Under the pieces are notes generated by a model that was given only the letters and a program-made list of their open reading frames with translations, had not been told where the DNA came from and made no database searches. From Candidatus Latescibacterota bacterium (lineage in GTDB: Bacteria; Latescibacterota; UBA2968; UBA8231), in the NCBI GenBank assembly GCA_964291625.2, contig OZ220089.1, positions 288,001-352,000 on the forward strand: a stretch of DNA of 64,000 nt, written 5' to 3'. A program made the position numbers and the translations under genes. Positions 29,700 to 38,111 of this stretch are shown here, in pieces (the stretch's first letter is position 1; each line of letters starts with the position of its first letter).

Positions 29700-30562
29700 T
29701 ACTGCTCGGTGGGGGCGCTGCCGGCGGCGGCGGTGGAGTCGGGCGCGGACGCCGGGTCGTGAAGCACCAGGAGGCGCACGTCCCTGAGGCCGATGGCGAA
29801 CCGGGAGGAGCCGGCGTACCCGGTGAAGGCGGAGTCGACGCGGCTGCGGTACTGGTAGTCGCGCTCGCCGGAGAGGCGCACGGTGCTGGCCTCGACGGTG
29901 GCCGTGATCGTCTTCCCCGATCTGAGGGAGATGACGATGGGCCGGACCTCGACCCCGGCTTCCCTGAACTCGATCTTCTCGATCTTGCTCATGTCGAGGC
30001 TGCGCCGCCTCCGGCCCTGCTCGAAGGCGAACTCGCGCTGGCCGCGGAAGAGAAGGTTCTGCACCTGGAACATGCGGCCCTTCTCGTTGACCAGCGTCGC
30101 CCGCAGGGGCGGCTTCGGCTTGATGGGCACGCCGCCGTCCGGATGGTGCAGGACGACCTCGGCCACGTCGCGCAGCAGGACCGTGAAGGGGCCGAGCCGG
30201 GTCGAGCCCGAGACGCTCTCCGGCGGGATGCCGCCGCCGAGGGCTTCGACGTTGGCCGCGGTGGAAGCGATGACGTAGGTCCCCCGCTCCTCCTTGCCGG
30301 TGCGCATCCGAACGACGAGGTCCTGCTGCTCCTCGCGGGGACCGCTGGCAAAGCGGAAACGGTCGATCTCGCGCAGGGGGACCTCCCGGCGGACGCCCTT
30401 CAGATAGTAGGACAGGGAGGTCTTGCCCCGGACCTTCAACTTCGTCAGCTCGAAGCGGTTGCCCTGCCGGTCGATGAGGGTGGCCGCCAGGTCGGCCGCC
30501 GACGGGGCCGCCCCGAGGGCGAGGAAGCACGAGGCCAGGGTGAGGATGCGAGCCGCCATCAT
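29699..30562 (-). CDS. Secreted hypothetical protein with an internal two-domain duplication
   Basis: Signal MMAARILTLASCFLALGAAPSAA; ATG overlaps the upstream stop. The two halves align: ATLIDRQGNRF..L..RG...RREVPLREIDRFRF versus ATLVNEKGRMF..L..RG...RRSLDMSKIEKIEF. Confidence 0.75.
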   Translation of the reverse strand: MMAARILTLASCFLALGAAPSAADLAATLIDRQGNRFELTKLKVRGKTSLSYYLKGVRREVPLREIDRFRFASGPREEQQDLVVRMRTGKEERGTYVIASTAANVEALGGGIPPESVSGSTRLGPFTVLLRDVAEVVLHHPDGGVPIKPKPPLRATLVNEKGRMFQVQNLLFRGQREFAFEQGRRRRSLDMSKIEKIEFREAGVEVRPIVISLRSGKTITATVEASTVRLSGERDYQYRSRVDSAFTGYAGSSRFAIGLRDVRLLVLHDPASAPDSTAAAGSAPTEQ

Positions 30563-31251
30563 CGCTGCGGCTCCTGCTGCTGCGAGTCCGGTCCTTCCTG
30601 GGTATCGGTGCCCAGATCGATGATCACCGGCGTGGGCCGGCCGAAGGCGACCTCGAAGGACCGGATCTCGTCGAGCCCCGAGGGGCTGTTCTCGAGGCGC
30701 AGCTTGTAGGTGCCCACGGGCAGGATGAAGTAGCGCAACTCGCTCGTGGTCATGCCCCGGCCGAGGACGGTGCGCATGGTGTAGTCGAGAAACAGGAACG
30801 GGATCTGGGAGAACCCCTGCCCCCCGGTGATCAGGACCTGCACCCTGCCGAGGTGGAGGACGACGTGGGCCTCCTGTCCCATCTGGATCTTCACGCCGCG
30901 CTCGACGACGCTGTCCTTGATGTCGGTGTTGACGGTGACGTCGTAGGTGCCCGGGTCGAGGTCGACGACGAGCCGGTTCTCGGACCACGAACGCTCGAAG
31001 GCGGAGGGCGAGAAGGCGGAAGCCCTCGGCATGTCCTCGTAGACGATCTCTCCGCTCTCGGAGTCCTCGACGAAGAAGTTCAACTCCTGGATGCCGCCGG
31101 CCTCGAGGAAGAGCCGGCCCTTGCCCTCGGGGATCGGGGGAGGTCCGTACGCCGACCCGCCACCGCTCTGGGTGCTGGCGCAGGCAAGGAGGAAGCAGGC
31201 CGCCAGAGGCGAGGCGAAGCACCACCAGGTCGATCGGATTCGGGAGGTCAC
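30559..31251 (-). CDS. Hypothetical lipoprotein, beta-sandwich-like
   Basis: Lipobox CFLLAC. Motifs LDPGTYDV and LPVGTYKL resemble Ig/PEGA-like beta domains. GGAG RBS-like sequence before GTG. Confidence 0.75.
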   Translation of the reverse strand: MTSRIRSTWWCFASPLAACFLLACASTQSGGGSAYGPPPIPEGKGRLFLEAGGIQELNFFVEDSESGEIVYEDMPRASAFSPSAFERSWSENRLVVDLDPGTYDVTVNTDIKDSVVERGVKIQMGQEAHVVLHLGRVQVLITGGQGFSQIPFLFLDYTMRTVLGRGMTTSELRYFILPVGTYKLRLENSPSGLDEIRSFEVAFGRPTPVIIDLGTDTQEGPDSQQQEPQR

Positions 31252-31291
31252 AGGATCCTCCTTTCAGAGGAAGAACGCGTCGGTTGGGTAC

Positions 31292-32980
31292 CTAGTTCCC
31301 CGACGGGGAATTGTCAACCAGGCGGACGACGAGGATGTTCCTCTCCGGCCCCGCCGCGGAACGGGCCTGGCGCCGGAAGGACCGTTCGTCGGTCCGGAAA
31401 TCGGGATAGGCGGCGGCCGTGGTCACGCCCCGCGCCAGCAGCTCGCTCCACAGCGGTTCCACGCGCTTCACGAAGCCCGCCGCCACCACGAAGTAGTCGG
31501 CCCCTTCCGCCGCCAGCGAGTCGAGCCGGGAGGCCTCGAAGAGATCCGGGGTGATCTGCCAGCCCTTGCGGTGGCAGTAGTAGAGCAGGGTCGGGCTTCG
31601 GGTGCGGAACGGCCCGCCCCGGTCCTCGTCGATGTCGCCGGCCACAAGCCGCGCGCCGGCCGGCATCCGCGCGTCGAGGACGCGTCCGGCGAGCTCGCAG
31701 GTGCGGTAGTAGTCGTAGATCCTGTTCCCGGGGCGGTAGTAGTCCCCCAGCTTCCACAGGCCGCCGGCCGCCACCGCCGCCAGGGACAGGGCCACCAGCG
31801 ACCGCGCCCGGAGCGACCCCGGCCGGAGCCGCCGCAGCTGCCGGCCCACGACGCCGGACAGGCACGCGCCTCCCGGCTCCCACAGGGCAGCCAGGGGCGC
31901 GGCGGCGAAGACCGCCGCCGGCAGGGCGAAGGGCAGCTGGTAGTAGTGGAGCCGGCGGTTGCCCTCGGGGATGAGGAGGACGTACAGCAGCAGGCCGCCG
32001 AGCCAGGCGTAGAGGGGCCACACCTCTCGCCCTTGCCGGGGGCCGCCGTCACCGCGGGGCCACAGGCCGGCGAGTCCGGCCGCCGCCAGGAGAACACCCA
32101 TGGGCGTCAGCACGGCCTCGACGAACCGGCCCGCCATGAGGCGGTAGAAGCCGCCCTGCAGGAGCAGGTCGTGGCTCCACTTGTCGTAGCCCCGGCGGCC
32201 CCAGATGCCGAAGGTGAGCCCCGTCTCCTCGAAGAGGCCGGCGGCGTGCACGTGCCAGGCCGCAGCCGGCGCCACCGCCACCAGCAGATAGAGCCACAGC
32301 GACCCGCGGCGCACGAAGGAAGGCCCCCAGCGGCCGAGGGCCATGGCCACGAGGGGGAATCCGAGGTACAGGGTTGGGATCTTGAGGGCGAAGCAGAGGC
32401 CGGCGATCCCGGCGGCGGCCAGCAGCCAGGCCGTCCCCTCCCGGCAGGCGCGGCCGAAGGCGCTCAGGGCGGCGGCGCTCAGCAGCAGCATGAGCGCCTC
32501 GGGCATGAAGGCGCGGCCGAAGAACAGGCTCAGGGGCAGCATCAGGTAGATGGCCACGGCCAGGCGCGCCCCCGCGGCGCTCCCGAGCCAGGCGCGGGCC
32601 AGGGAGTACAGGGGGACGGCCGCGGCGGTGGAGAAGAGGGCCGCCAGCGACCGCCCCATCCACTCGTGGGCGCCGCCCGCCAGGGAGTAGAGGCAGGCCA
32701 CCAGGAAGGGGAACAGGGGCAGGTTCATCTCCACGTACCCCGGCGTGTTGCCGCGCCAGTCCACGCGGGGATGGAAGAGGGTGAATCCCTCTTCGTGGAA
32801 GTTGCGGGCGATGGCCGCCGTGTCGGCCTGGCGCCACGCCTGGTGGTCGATGAGGGGCGCCGTCACCTCCACGAGGCGGAGGCCGAGGCCGGCCGCCAGG
32901 AGCAGGAGAAGCCAGCGGTCGGACAGCAGGCGGCCGGGTCCCGCGTCGGCCGCCGGAGAGCTCTTCAGAAGGCTCGCCAA
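31292..32980 (-). CDS. ArnT/PMT-like (GT-C) membrane glycosyltransferase
   Basis: HQAWRQADTAAIARNF, E.NLPLFP, GRSL..LFS, FFGRAFMPEAL, HYYQLP; many transmembrane segments. Confidence 0.85.
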   Translation of the reverse strand: MASLLKSSPAADAGPGRLLSDRWLLLLLAAGLGLRLVEVTAPLIDHQAWRQADTAAIARNFHEEGFTLFHPRVDWRGNTPGYVEMNLPLFPFLVACLYSLAGGAHEWMGRSLAALFSTAAAVPLYSLARAWLGSAAGARLAVAIYLMLPLSLFFGRAFMPEALMLLLSAAALSAFGRACREGTAWLLAAAGIAGLCFALKIPTLYLGFPLVAMALGRWGPSFVRRGSLWLYLLVAVAPAAAWHVHAAGLFEETGLTFGIWGRRGYDKWSHDLLLQGGFYRLMAGRFVEAVLTPMGVLLAAAGLAGLWPRGDGGPRQGREVWPLYAWLGGLLLYVLLIPEGNRRLHYYQLPFALPAAVFAAAPLAALWEPGGACLSGVVGRQLRRLRPGSLRARSLVALSLAAVAAGGLWKLGDYYRPGNRIYDYYRTCELAGRVLDARMPAGARLVAGDIDEDRGGPFRTRSPTLLYYCHRKGWQITPDLFEASRLDSLAAEGADYFVVAAGFVKRVEPLWSELLARGVTTAAAYPDFRTDERSFRRQARSAAGPERNILVVRLVDNSPSGN

Positions 32981-34167
32981 CTGGGCGAACGCTCGTCCCG
33001 GTCGTCGGTTCGCGTGAGGTTGACGGGCATCACCGGTCTCTCGGTGGTGTCGTCCCAGTCGAAGCCGGCGGCGGGCAGCAGGTAGATGTCGAAGGTGCCG
33101 CGGGACCGGCCCCTCTCGTCGGTGACGAACTCGCCGTCCTCACCGATCTTCATCTTCCCCGAGTAGGCCAGGCCGCGGCCGTCGGGAGACCACGCCGGGT
33201 TGAGCTCGAAGGTGTTCTCCGCCACGGTGACCCGCACCTGCTCGGTGAGGTCGCCCCCGGCCACGAGCAGCTCCTGGCCGCCGAAGCGTTCGGAGGCCAT
33301 CACCAGCCGCAGGCCGTCGGGCGACCACGCCGGTTGCTGGTCGATCTTCTTGTGCTCGGTGAGGCGGCGCATGCCGCTCCCGTCGACGTCGATCAGGTAG
33401 ATCTCGTCGTTGCCCTCGAAGGCGCTCGAGGTGAAGGCGATCCGGCGGCCGTCCGGACTCCAGGCGGGCTCCCGGCCCTCGACGAGCCTGCGCTTGTTGC
33501 CGCCGTCGGCATCCATCAGGTAGATGGCCACGTCCCCCTCCCGCTGGCTGACGAAGGCGATGCGCCCACCGTCGGGAGACCAGGCGGCCCCCTGGTCGCG
33601 CTCGGCGTGCTCGGTGAGCCGGCGCCGGTCGCTGCCGTCGGCGTTCATCACCCAGACGTCGATGTTCGACATCACCGTGCCCATGGTGAACAGGATCCGG
33701 CGACCGTCGGGGGACCACTTCGGCTGCTTCTCCACTTCGTAGGTGTCGGTGAGCCGCGAGACCTCGCCCGAGGCCACGTCGACGGTGAAGAGGTCCCAGT
33801 TGCGGACGCGGGTCGGCGTTGAGGCGTAGAGGATGGTACCGGTGCGCTGGAAGGGGGCGTTGGCGCCGGGGGGAATGGAGAACTTCACCCTCTGCCGGCC
33901 GACGCCGCTCACCGGGGGCGAGTCGAGGGTCAGACGCCGGGTCTCCACGTACTCGCCGGCGACGACGGACACCCGGTAGTCGCCGCTCTTGAGATCCGAA
34001 TAGGTGGAGGTGCCGGCCTTGGCGAGCCGGTTGTGGTGCATCTGCAGGTCCTGCGCGTCGAGCCGCAGCAACTGCCCGTCGCCGCCCTCGATCTCGACGA
34101 CGACCTCGTTGCTGCCGCATGCGGCCAGGGCCATGCAGGCGGCGGTCAGGGTAGCTGCGTACCTCAC
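32965..34167 (-). CDS. TolB-like PD40 beta-propeller lipoprotein
   Basis: Lipobox LAAC; five WSPDG repeats; ends SPSWRAF. Confidence 0.88.
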   Translation of the reverse strand: MRYAATLTAACMALAACGSNEVVVEIEGGDGQLLRLDAQDLQMHHNRLAKAGTSTYSDLKSGDYRVSVVAGEYVETRRLTLDSPPVSGVGRQRVKFSIPPGANAPFQRTGTILYASTPTRVRNWDLFTVDVASGEVSRLTDTYEVEKQPKWSPDGRRILFTMGTVMSNIDVWVMNADGSDRRRLTEHAERDQGAAWSPDGGRIAFVSQREGDVAIYLMDADGGNKRRLVEGREPAWSPDGRRIAFTSSAFEGNDEIYLIDVDGSGMRRLTEHKKIDQQPAWSPDGLRLVMASERFGGQELLVAGGDLTEQVRVTVAENTFELNPAWSPDGRGLAYSGKMKIGEDGEFVTDERGRSRGTFDIYLLPAAGFDWDDTTERPVMPVNLTRTDDRDERSPSWRAF

Positions 34168-34275
34168 GTCTCCTCCGAGCGGGCTTCGGTTCGTCGAACG
34201 GGTTGAAGGGCGGTCCGCCGGCCGGTGACGGGGCGCGGGCCCCGGGCGAGGCCGGTCCCGAGGAGCGGTGCCGCC

Positions 34276-34776
34276 CTACTGGAACAGGTCCTTGACCTTG
34301 CCCCAGGTGCTGATGCTGACGTCGGTCGAAGGTCCCGGGGCGATGTCCCGCCACCCGGCCCCGGCGATGACCCGCAGGGCTTCGGCCCCGGGTCCGCTGG
34401 ACACCACGGATCCCTCGTGCTCGATCAGGAGATGGTCGGTGCCGGCGGCGGCGCGCTCCCGCAGCCAACCGACGACCGGCCCCGGCCTGGAGGGATCGGA
34501 GAGCAGCTCCTGCAGAGCCACCGTCTTCAGCCCCGGGACCCGTGCGGGCGAGGGCGTGACGGCGATCCACTCGACCTCCGGCAGGCCGCGGATCAGGCGA
34601 TGGGTGGTCCTGGCGCGTTCGACCTGGCCTGGCATGGCGGGATGAAAGAAGAAGTAGAGGTGGTGGCCGGCGGCCTCCGGGCCGGAGGCCCTCGACCCGG
34701 GCGGACCAAGAAGGAGCAGGGCCAGCGCCAGGGCCGGCGCCGGCAGAAGTCGCAGGGTGTCGTGGCTGGAGGTCAT
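34276..34776 (-). CDS. Small secreted protein with C-terminal TWGKVK tail
   Basis: Signal-like APALALALLLLG; ends PSTDVSISTWGKVKDLFQ; ATGA overlap with the upstream gene. Confidence 0.7.
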   Translation of the reverse strand: MTSSHDTLRLLPAPALALALLLLGPPGSRASGPEAAGHHLYFFFHPAMPGQVERARTTHRLIRGLPEVEWIAVTPSPARVPGLKTVALQELLSDPSRPGPVVGWLRERAAAGTDHLLIEHEGSVVSSGPGAEALRVIAGAGWRDIAPGPSTDVSISTWGKVKDLFQ

Positions 34777-37103
34777 TCCGCGCGCAGGGCGTCGTTGAGA
34801 CGGATGCTGTCGACGCCTTCCAGGACCCGGGTCTTCGAGAGGTGGTCGCTCAGGATCTGCTCGACCTGTATGATGCCGACGCGGCTCGGCAGGGTCCTGC
34901 CCAGCACCTCGCCGGTCTCGGGGTCCGTCAACTCCCGGCCCTGGTCCCAGACGGCGAACTTGTCGCCGTTCCGGATGCCGTCGGCCAAGCCGAGGTTAAT
35001 GTACGCGACGGCGCCGTCCACTACCATGATCCTCCCGGCGACCTGGAGGGAGGGAGGGGGCCGGATCTGCTCGGCGATGCCGTCGGCGGCGTTCTTCGCC
35101 CAGGCCGCCAGGGCCTTGCCCACCAGGGACTCGCGGAAGGTGTCCGAATTCCAGGCGAGATCGTCGAGGAAGAAGTACTGCTTGTCGAGAGGGACGAAGG
35201 CGGCCGGGTTGGTGATCCCCGTGCGCTTGCTGTCCATCACCCCCTCGGTGGACAGCTCCCCTCCCCGGCGCCCGTCGATGGCGTTCACCAGGGTCAGGTC
35301 GGCCATGACGATGCCCTCGTAGCTGCGGTAACCGCCGAGGGGCACGGTCGCCTGGAACCGCTTCATCGTCAGCTCCTCGATGTTGCCGAGGATCACCCAG
35401 TCGGCGCCGAGAAAGGCACCGATGCCCGCCGCGCGAGCGTGTCCGATCTCGCCGGTGAGCTCCGGCGGTTCCAGGTAGGCCAGGGCCGAGTCGACCGGGA
35501 CGATCTGGTAGAAGCTGTTGCGGGCGAGGCTGTCGCCCAGGGTCTTGGCGAGGCCGCGGTGGATGTCCCAGGCCCCCTTGTATCCCGAGCTATCGAGGAA
35601 CGGCAGCAGCAGGATCTTCTGTCCCAGGAAGTCCGTGCCTTCGCGGGGGATCACGGGCGGCGGCAGCGGCGCCTCGGCGGACTCCTCGGCGGCCGGCTCG
35701 GCGGCGGCTTCCTCCTCCTCCATCATCACCACCGACTCGAGGCCCGGCATGGTGGCGCAGGCCCCCAGGAGCAGGCCGCCCAGGGCGAGAGCGGCGGCCA
35801 GGGGCGCCCTGGCCGGCCGGGGCCTGCGGCTCCGAGCCAGGACGTACGGCCCCCGGGGAACGACCGCCACCGGCGCGGCCTCGCCGTGGCGGATCCTGGC
35901 GGCCTGGAGGCCCGCTTCGACGGAGCCGGCGGGCTCCACCAGGCCCCGCAGATGGGGGCCGCCGGCGTCGACGCCCTCGCTGTAGAGCAGCACCCGGGCC
36001 CGGCGCAGGACCTTGCACAGCTCCTGGAGCTGCCACTGGTCGATGCGGAAGAACCCGGGGTCCCCGAGCCTCTCCTCGAAGGCCTCGGGGCTCTCCGTCT
36101 CCTCGAGGAGCCGGACGAACTCGGGGCTGCCCAGGCCCTCGGCGCAGCGCGCCGCCAGCACGATCGTGCCCCCTTCGGCGACCACCGGCAGCACCGCGGT
36201 CAGGCCCTTCACCGCCTGGTAGAAGGTCAGGTCCAGGGGGTAGCCGGCGCTGGTGGTGACCACGATCGGGACAGGCTCCTCGACCCATGCGGAAGCCCCG
36301 GCCTCGACGAAGGCCACCCCCGTGGCGTGGGCCTCCTCGAGATCGCCGGCGAAGATCCCGGTCACCTCGCGGCGGTGGTTCATGGCCACGTTGAGGGTGA
36401 AGTCCACCCCCGCCGTGAGGGCCACCTCGAGGGCCTGCCGGTGGAAGGGATTGCCCTCGATGACGCCCTCCGCCGACTTGGGGTGACTCATCAGCTCGGG
36501 CCCGTGGAGGACCCGCATCGTGTCGACGCCCACGATCCCGGGACAGACCGCCTTGCGGCCGCCGGAGTACCCGGCCATCAGGTGCGGCTCGATCAGGGAG
36601 GTGGCGATCTTGAGGTCGGCCTCGGCATAGAGCCGGTCGAGCCAGATCGGGGCCCCGCCGGAAGTCCGGCCGAGGTGCACGAGGCTCCCGCGGTCCCGGG
36701 CCCTGTGGTTCTCGATCCGGTAGCCGGCGGCCACCCGCGGTCCCACGAGCCGGACCAGCTCCTCTCCCTCGTTGGGGCGGTGCAGGCCGGTGCCCACCAG
36801 GATGGTGATGTGCCGGCGCTCGATCCCGGCCTCCTCCAGGGTGCGCAGCAACGGCGGCAGGATGACCGGGTTGGGCACGGGCCGGGTGATGTCGGAGATG
36901 ACGACGCAGGCGCTGCGGCGGCCCCGTGCCAGCCGGGCCAGGGCGGGGGTCCCGATCGGCTCCCGCAAGGCCTCCTCCAGCCGGGCGTCGACATCGTCCA
37001 GGGCGGGCACGTCGGCCATGTCCAGGATCTCTGCCCCGGCCGGGATCTCTACCTCGAGGCCGTGCTCTCCGTAGTCCAGACGCAGTCGGCGGGTGGATGG
37101 CAT
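34773..37103 (-). CDS. larA: LarA-family nickel-pincer racemase/epimerase (37103..~35832) in frame with a FlgT/CsgG-like lipoprotein (~35831..34773)
   Basis: LarA motifs SDITRP, GTGLHRP, IEPHLMAGYSGGRKAVCPG, GYPLDLTFYQAVKG, CAEGLG, QWQLQ. Then an internal lipobox (LALGGLLLGAC), KILLLPF, LGADWVILGNI and a FlgT-C-like YINLG..DGI..GDKF.V...GREL.DPETGEVLG. Confidence 0.8.
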   Translation of the reverse strand: MPSTRRLRLDYGEHGLEVEIPAGAEILDMADVPALDDVDARLEEALREPIGTPALARLARGRRSACVVISDITRPVPNPVILPPLLRTLEEAGIERRHITILVGTGLHRPNEGEELVRLVGPRVAAGYRIENHRARDRGSLVHLGRTSGGAPIWLDRLYAEADLKIATSLIEPHLMAGYSGGRKAVCPGIVGVDTMRVLHGPELMSHPKSAEGVIEGNPFHRQALEVALTAGVDFTLNVAMNHRREVTGIFAGDLEEAHATGVAFVEAGASAWVEEPVPIVVTTSAGYPLDLTFYQAVKGLTAVLPVVAEGGTIVLAARCAEGLGSPEFVRLLEETESPEAFEERLGDPGFFRIDQWQLQELCKVLRRARVLLYSEGVDAGGPHLRGLVEPAGSVEAGLQAARIRHGEAAPVAVVPRGPYVLARSRRPRPARAPLAAALALGGLLLGACATMPGLESVVMMEEEEAAAEPAAEESAEAPLPPPVIPREGTDFLGQKILLLPFLDSSGYKGAWDIHRGLAKTLGDSLARNSFYQIVPVDSALAYLEPPELTGEIGHARAAGIGAFLGADWVILGNIEELTMKRFQATVPLGGYRSYEGIVMADLTLVNAIDGRRGGELSTEGVMDSKRTGITNPAAFVPLDKQYFFLDDLAWNSDTFRESLVGKALAAWAKNAADGIAEQIRPPPSLQVAGRIMVVDGAVAYINLGLADGIRNGDKFAVWDQGRELTDPETGEVLGRTLPSRVGIIQVEQILSDHLSKTRVLEGVDSIRLNDALRAE

Positions 37104-37116
37104 CCGTCCTCCTTCC

Positions 37117-37989
37117 TCAGAGGCGGGAGCGCAGGTAATCGGCGAAGGCGGGGCCGTTGTCGGGGTCGGCGAGAGCGAAGTCGGCGAAGGCCCGGTAGTA
37201 GGTCAGGGGGGTGCCGATGTCGTAGCGCCGCTCGCCCGGAGCCAGCTGTACGCAGCGGACGGCATCCCCCCATTCGAGGAGGCGGCGGATCGCGTCGGTG
37301 AGCCAGAGCTCTCCGTTCACCCCCGGATCGGTGGCGGCGATCGCCTCGAAGATGCGCGGGGTGAAGACGTAGCGGGCGGCCACGGCCAGGCGGCTCGGGG
37401 CCTCTGCGGCGGCGGGCTTCTCGACGATGCCGTCGATGGCGAAGGCCCCCCCGGCCCGGTCCTCGGCCGGCCTCACCACGCCGTACCTGCGGGTCTCTTC
37501 CAGCGGCACCTCCCAGACGGCGATGGTGGCGCTGGCGCCGGAGCTCTCGTGATCGCACACCAGGCGGCGGACGACGCCGGGCTGTCCCGCCGAGGCGAGG
37601 ATCGTGTCGCCGAAGCCGACGACGAAGGACTCGCCGCCGACGAACTCGGCCGCCAGCCGCACGGCGTCGGCATTACCCAGGGGCCGCCGCTGCCGGACGT
37701 AGAAGAACTCGACGCTCTCGCGGTCGTAGTCGACCTCCCCGATCCGGTCCTTGGCCCCGACGCGCGACTCGAGCTCCGGATCATCGTCGAAGTGGTCCTC
37801 GATGGACCGTTTCTTGCGGCCCGTGACGAAGAGGAACTTGCCGATGCCCTGGCCGATCATCTCCTCCACCACGTACTGGACCACCGGCTTGTAGCCTACG
37901 GGCAGCATCTCCTTGGGCTGGGACTTGGTCGCCGGCAACAGGCGAGTCCCCAGGCCGGCCACGGGCAGCACGGCTTTGTCGATCGCCAT
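37117..37989 (-). CDS. galU: UTP-glucose-1-phosphate uridylyltransferase
   Basis: KAVLPVAGLGTRLLPATKSQPKEMLPV, KRSIEDHFD, VEKP, ELWLTDAI, RYDIG. Confidence 0.93.
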   Translation of the reverse strand: MAIDKAVLPVAGLGTRLLPATKSQPKEMLPVGYKPVVQYVVEEMIGQGIGKFLFVTGRKKRSIEDHFDDDPELESRVGAKDRIGEVDYDRESVEFFYVRQRRPLGNADAVRLAAEFVGGESFVVGFGDTILASAGQPGVVRRLVCDHESSGASATIAVWEVPLEETRRYGVVRPAEDRAGGAFAIDGIVEKPAAAEAPSRLAVAARYVFTPRIFEAIAATDPGVNGELWLTDAIRRLLEWGDAVRCVQLAPGERRYDIGTPLTYYRAFADFALADPDNGPAFADYLRSRL

Positions 37990-38012
37990 CGGAGACCTTT
38001 CGGATCGGGCGG

Positions 38013-38049
38013 GATTGCAGCAATCTAGGGGTGGTTTCGATTTCAGCAA
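38013..38049 (-). promoter_or_regulatory. Putative sigma70 promoter for galU-larA with an overlapping palindromic operator
   Basis: Minus strand TTGCTG-16 nt-TAGATT (38049-38022). Perfect palindrome GATTGC-A-GCAATC at 38013-38025 in the divergent intergenic region. Confidence 0.5.
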
Positions 38050-38111
38050 GGCGCGGGGAAGCCGCCCGGCCGCCCCCTGCGCGGCCCCTCGGAAAGGCCG
38101 GGATCACCCCT

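Noticed and set aside
32965-34167. Canonical tolB of a Tol-Pal operon
   Set aside because: It is a lipoprotein lacking the TolB N-terminal domain, with no adjacent tolA or pal.
9842-35831. Flagellar genes (FlgD-like and FlgT-like domains)
   Set aside because: Only the generic Ig-like tail and FlgT-C-like domains occur, on signal-peptide proteins. There are no flagellar structural genes.
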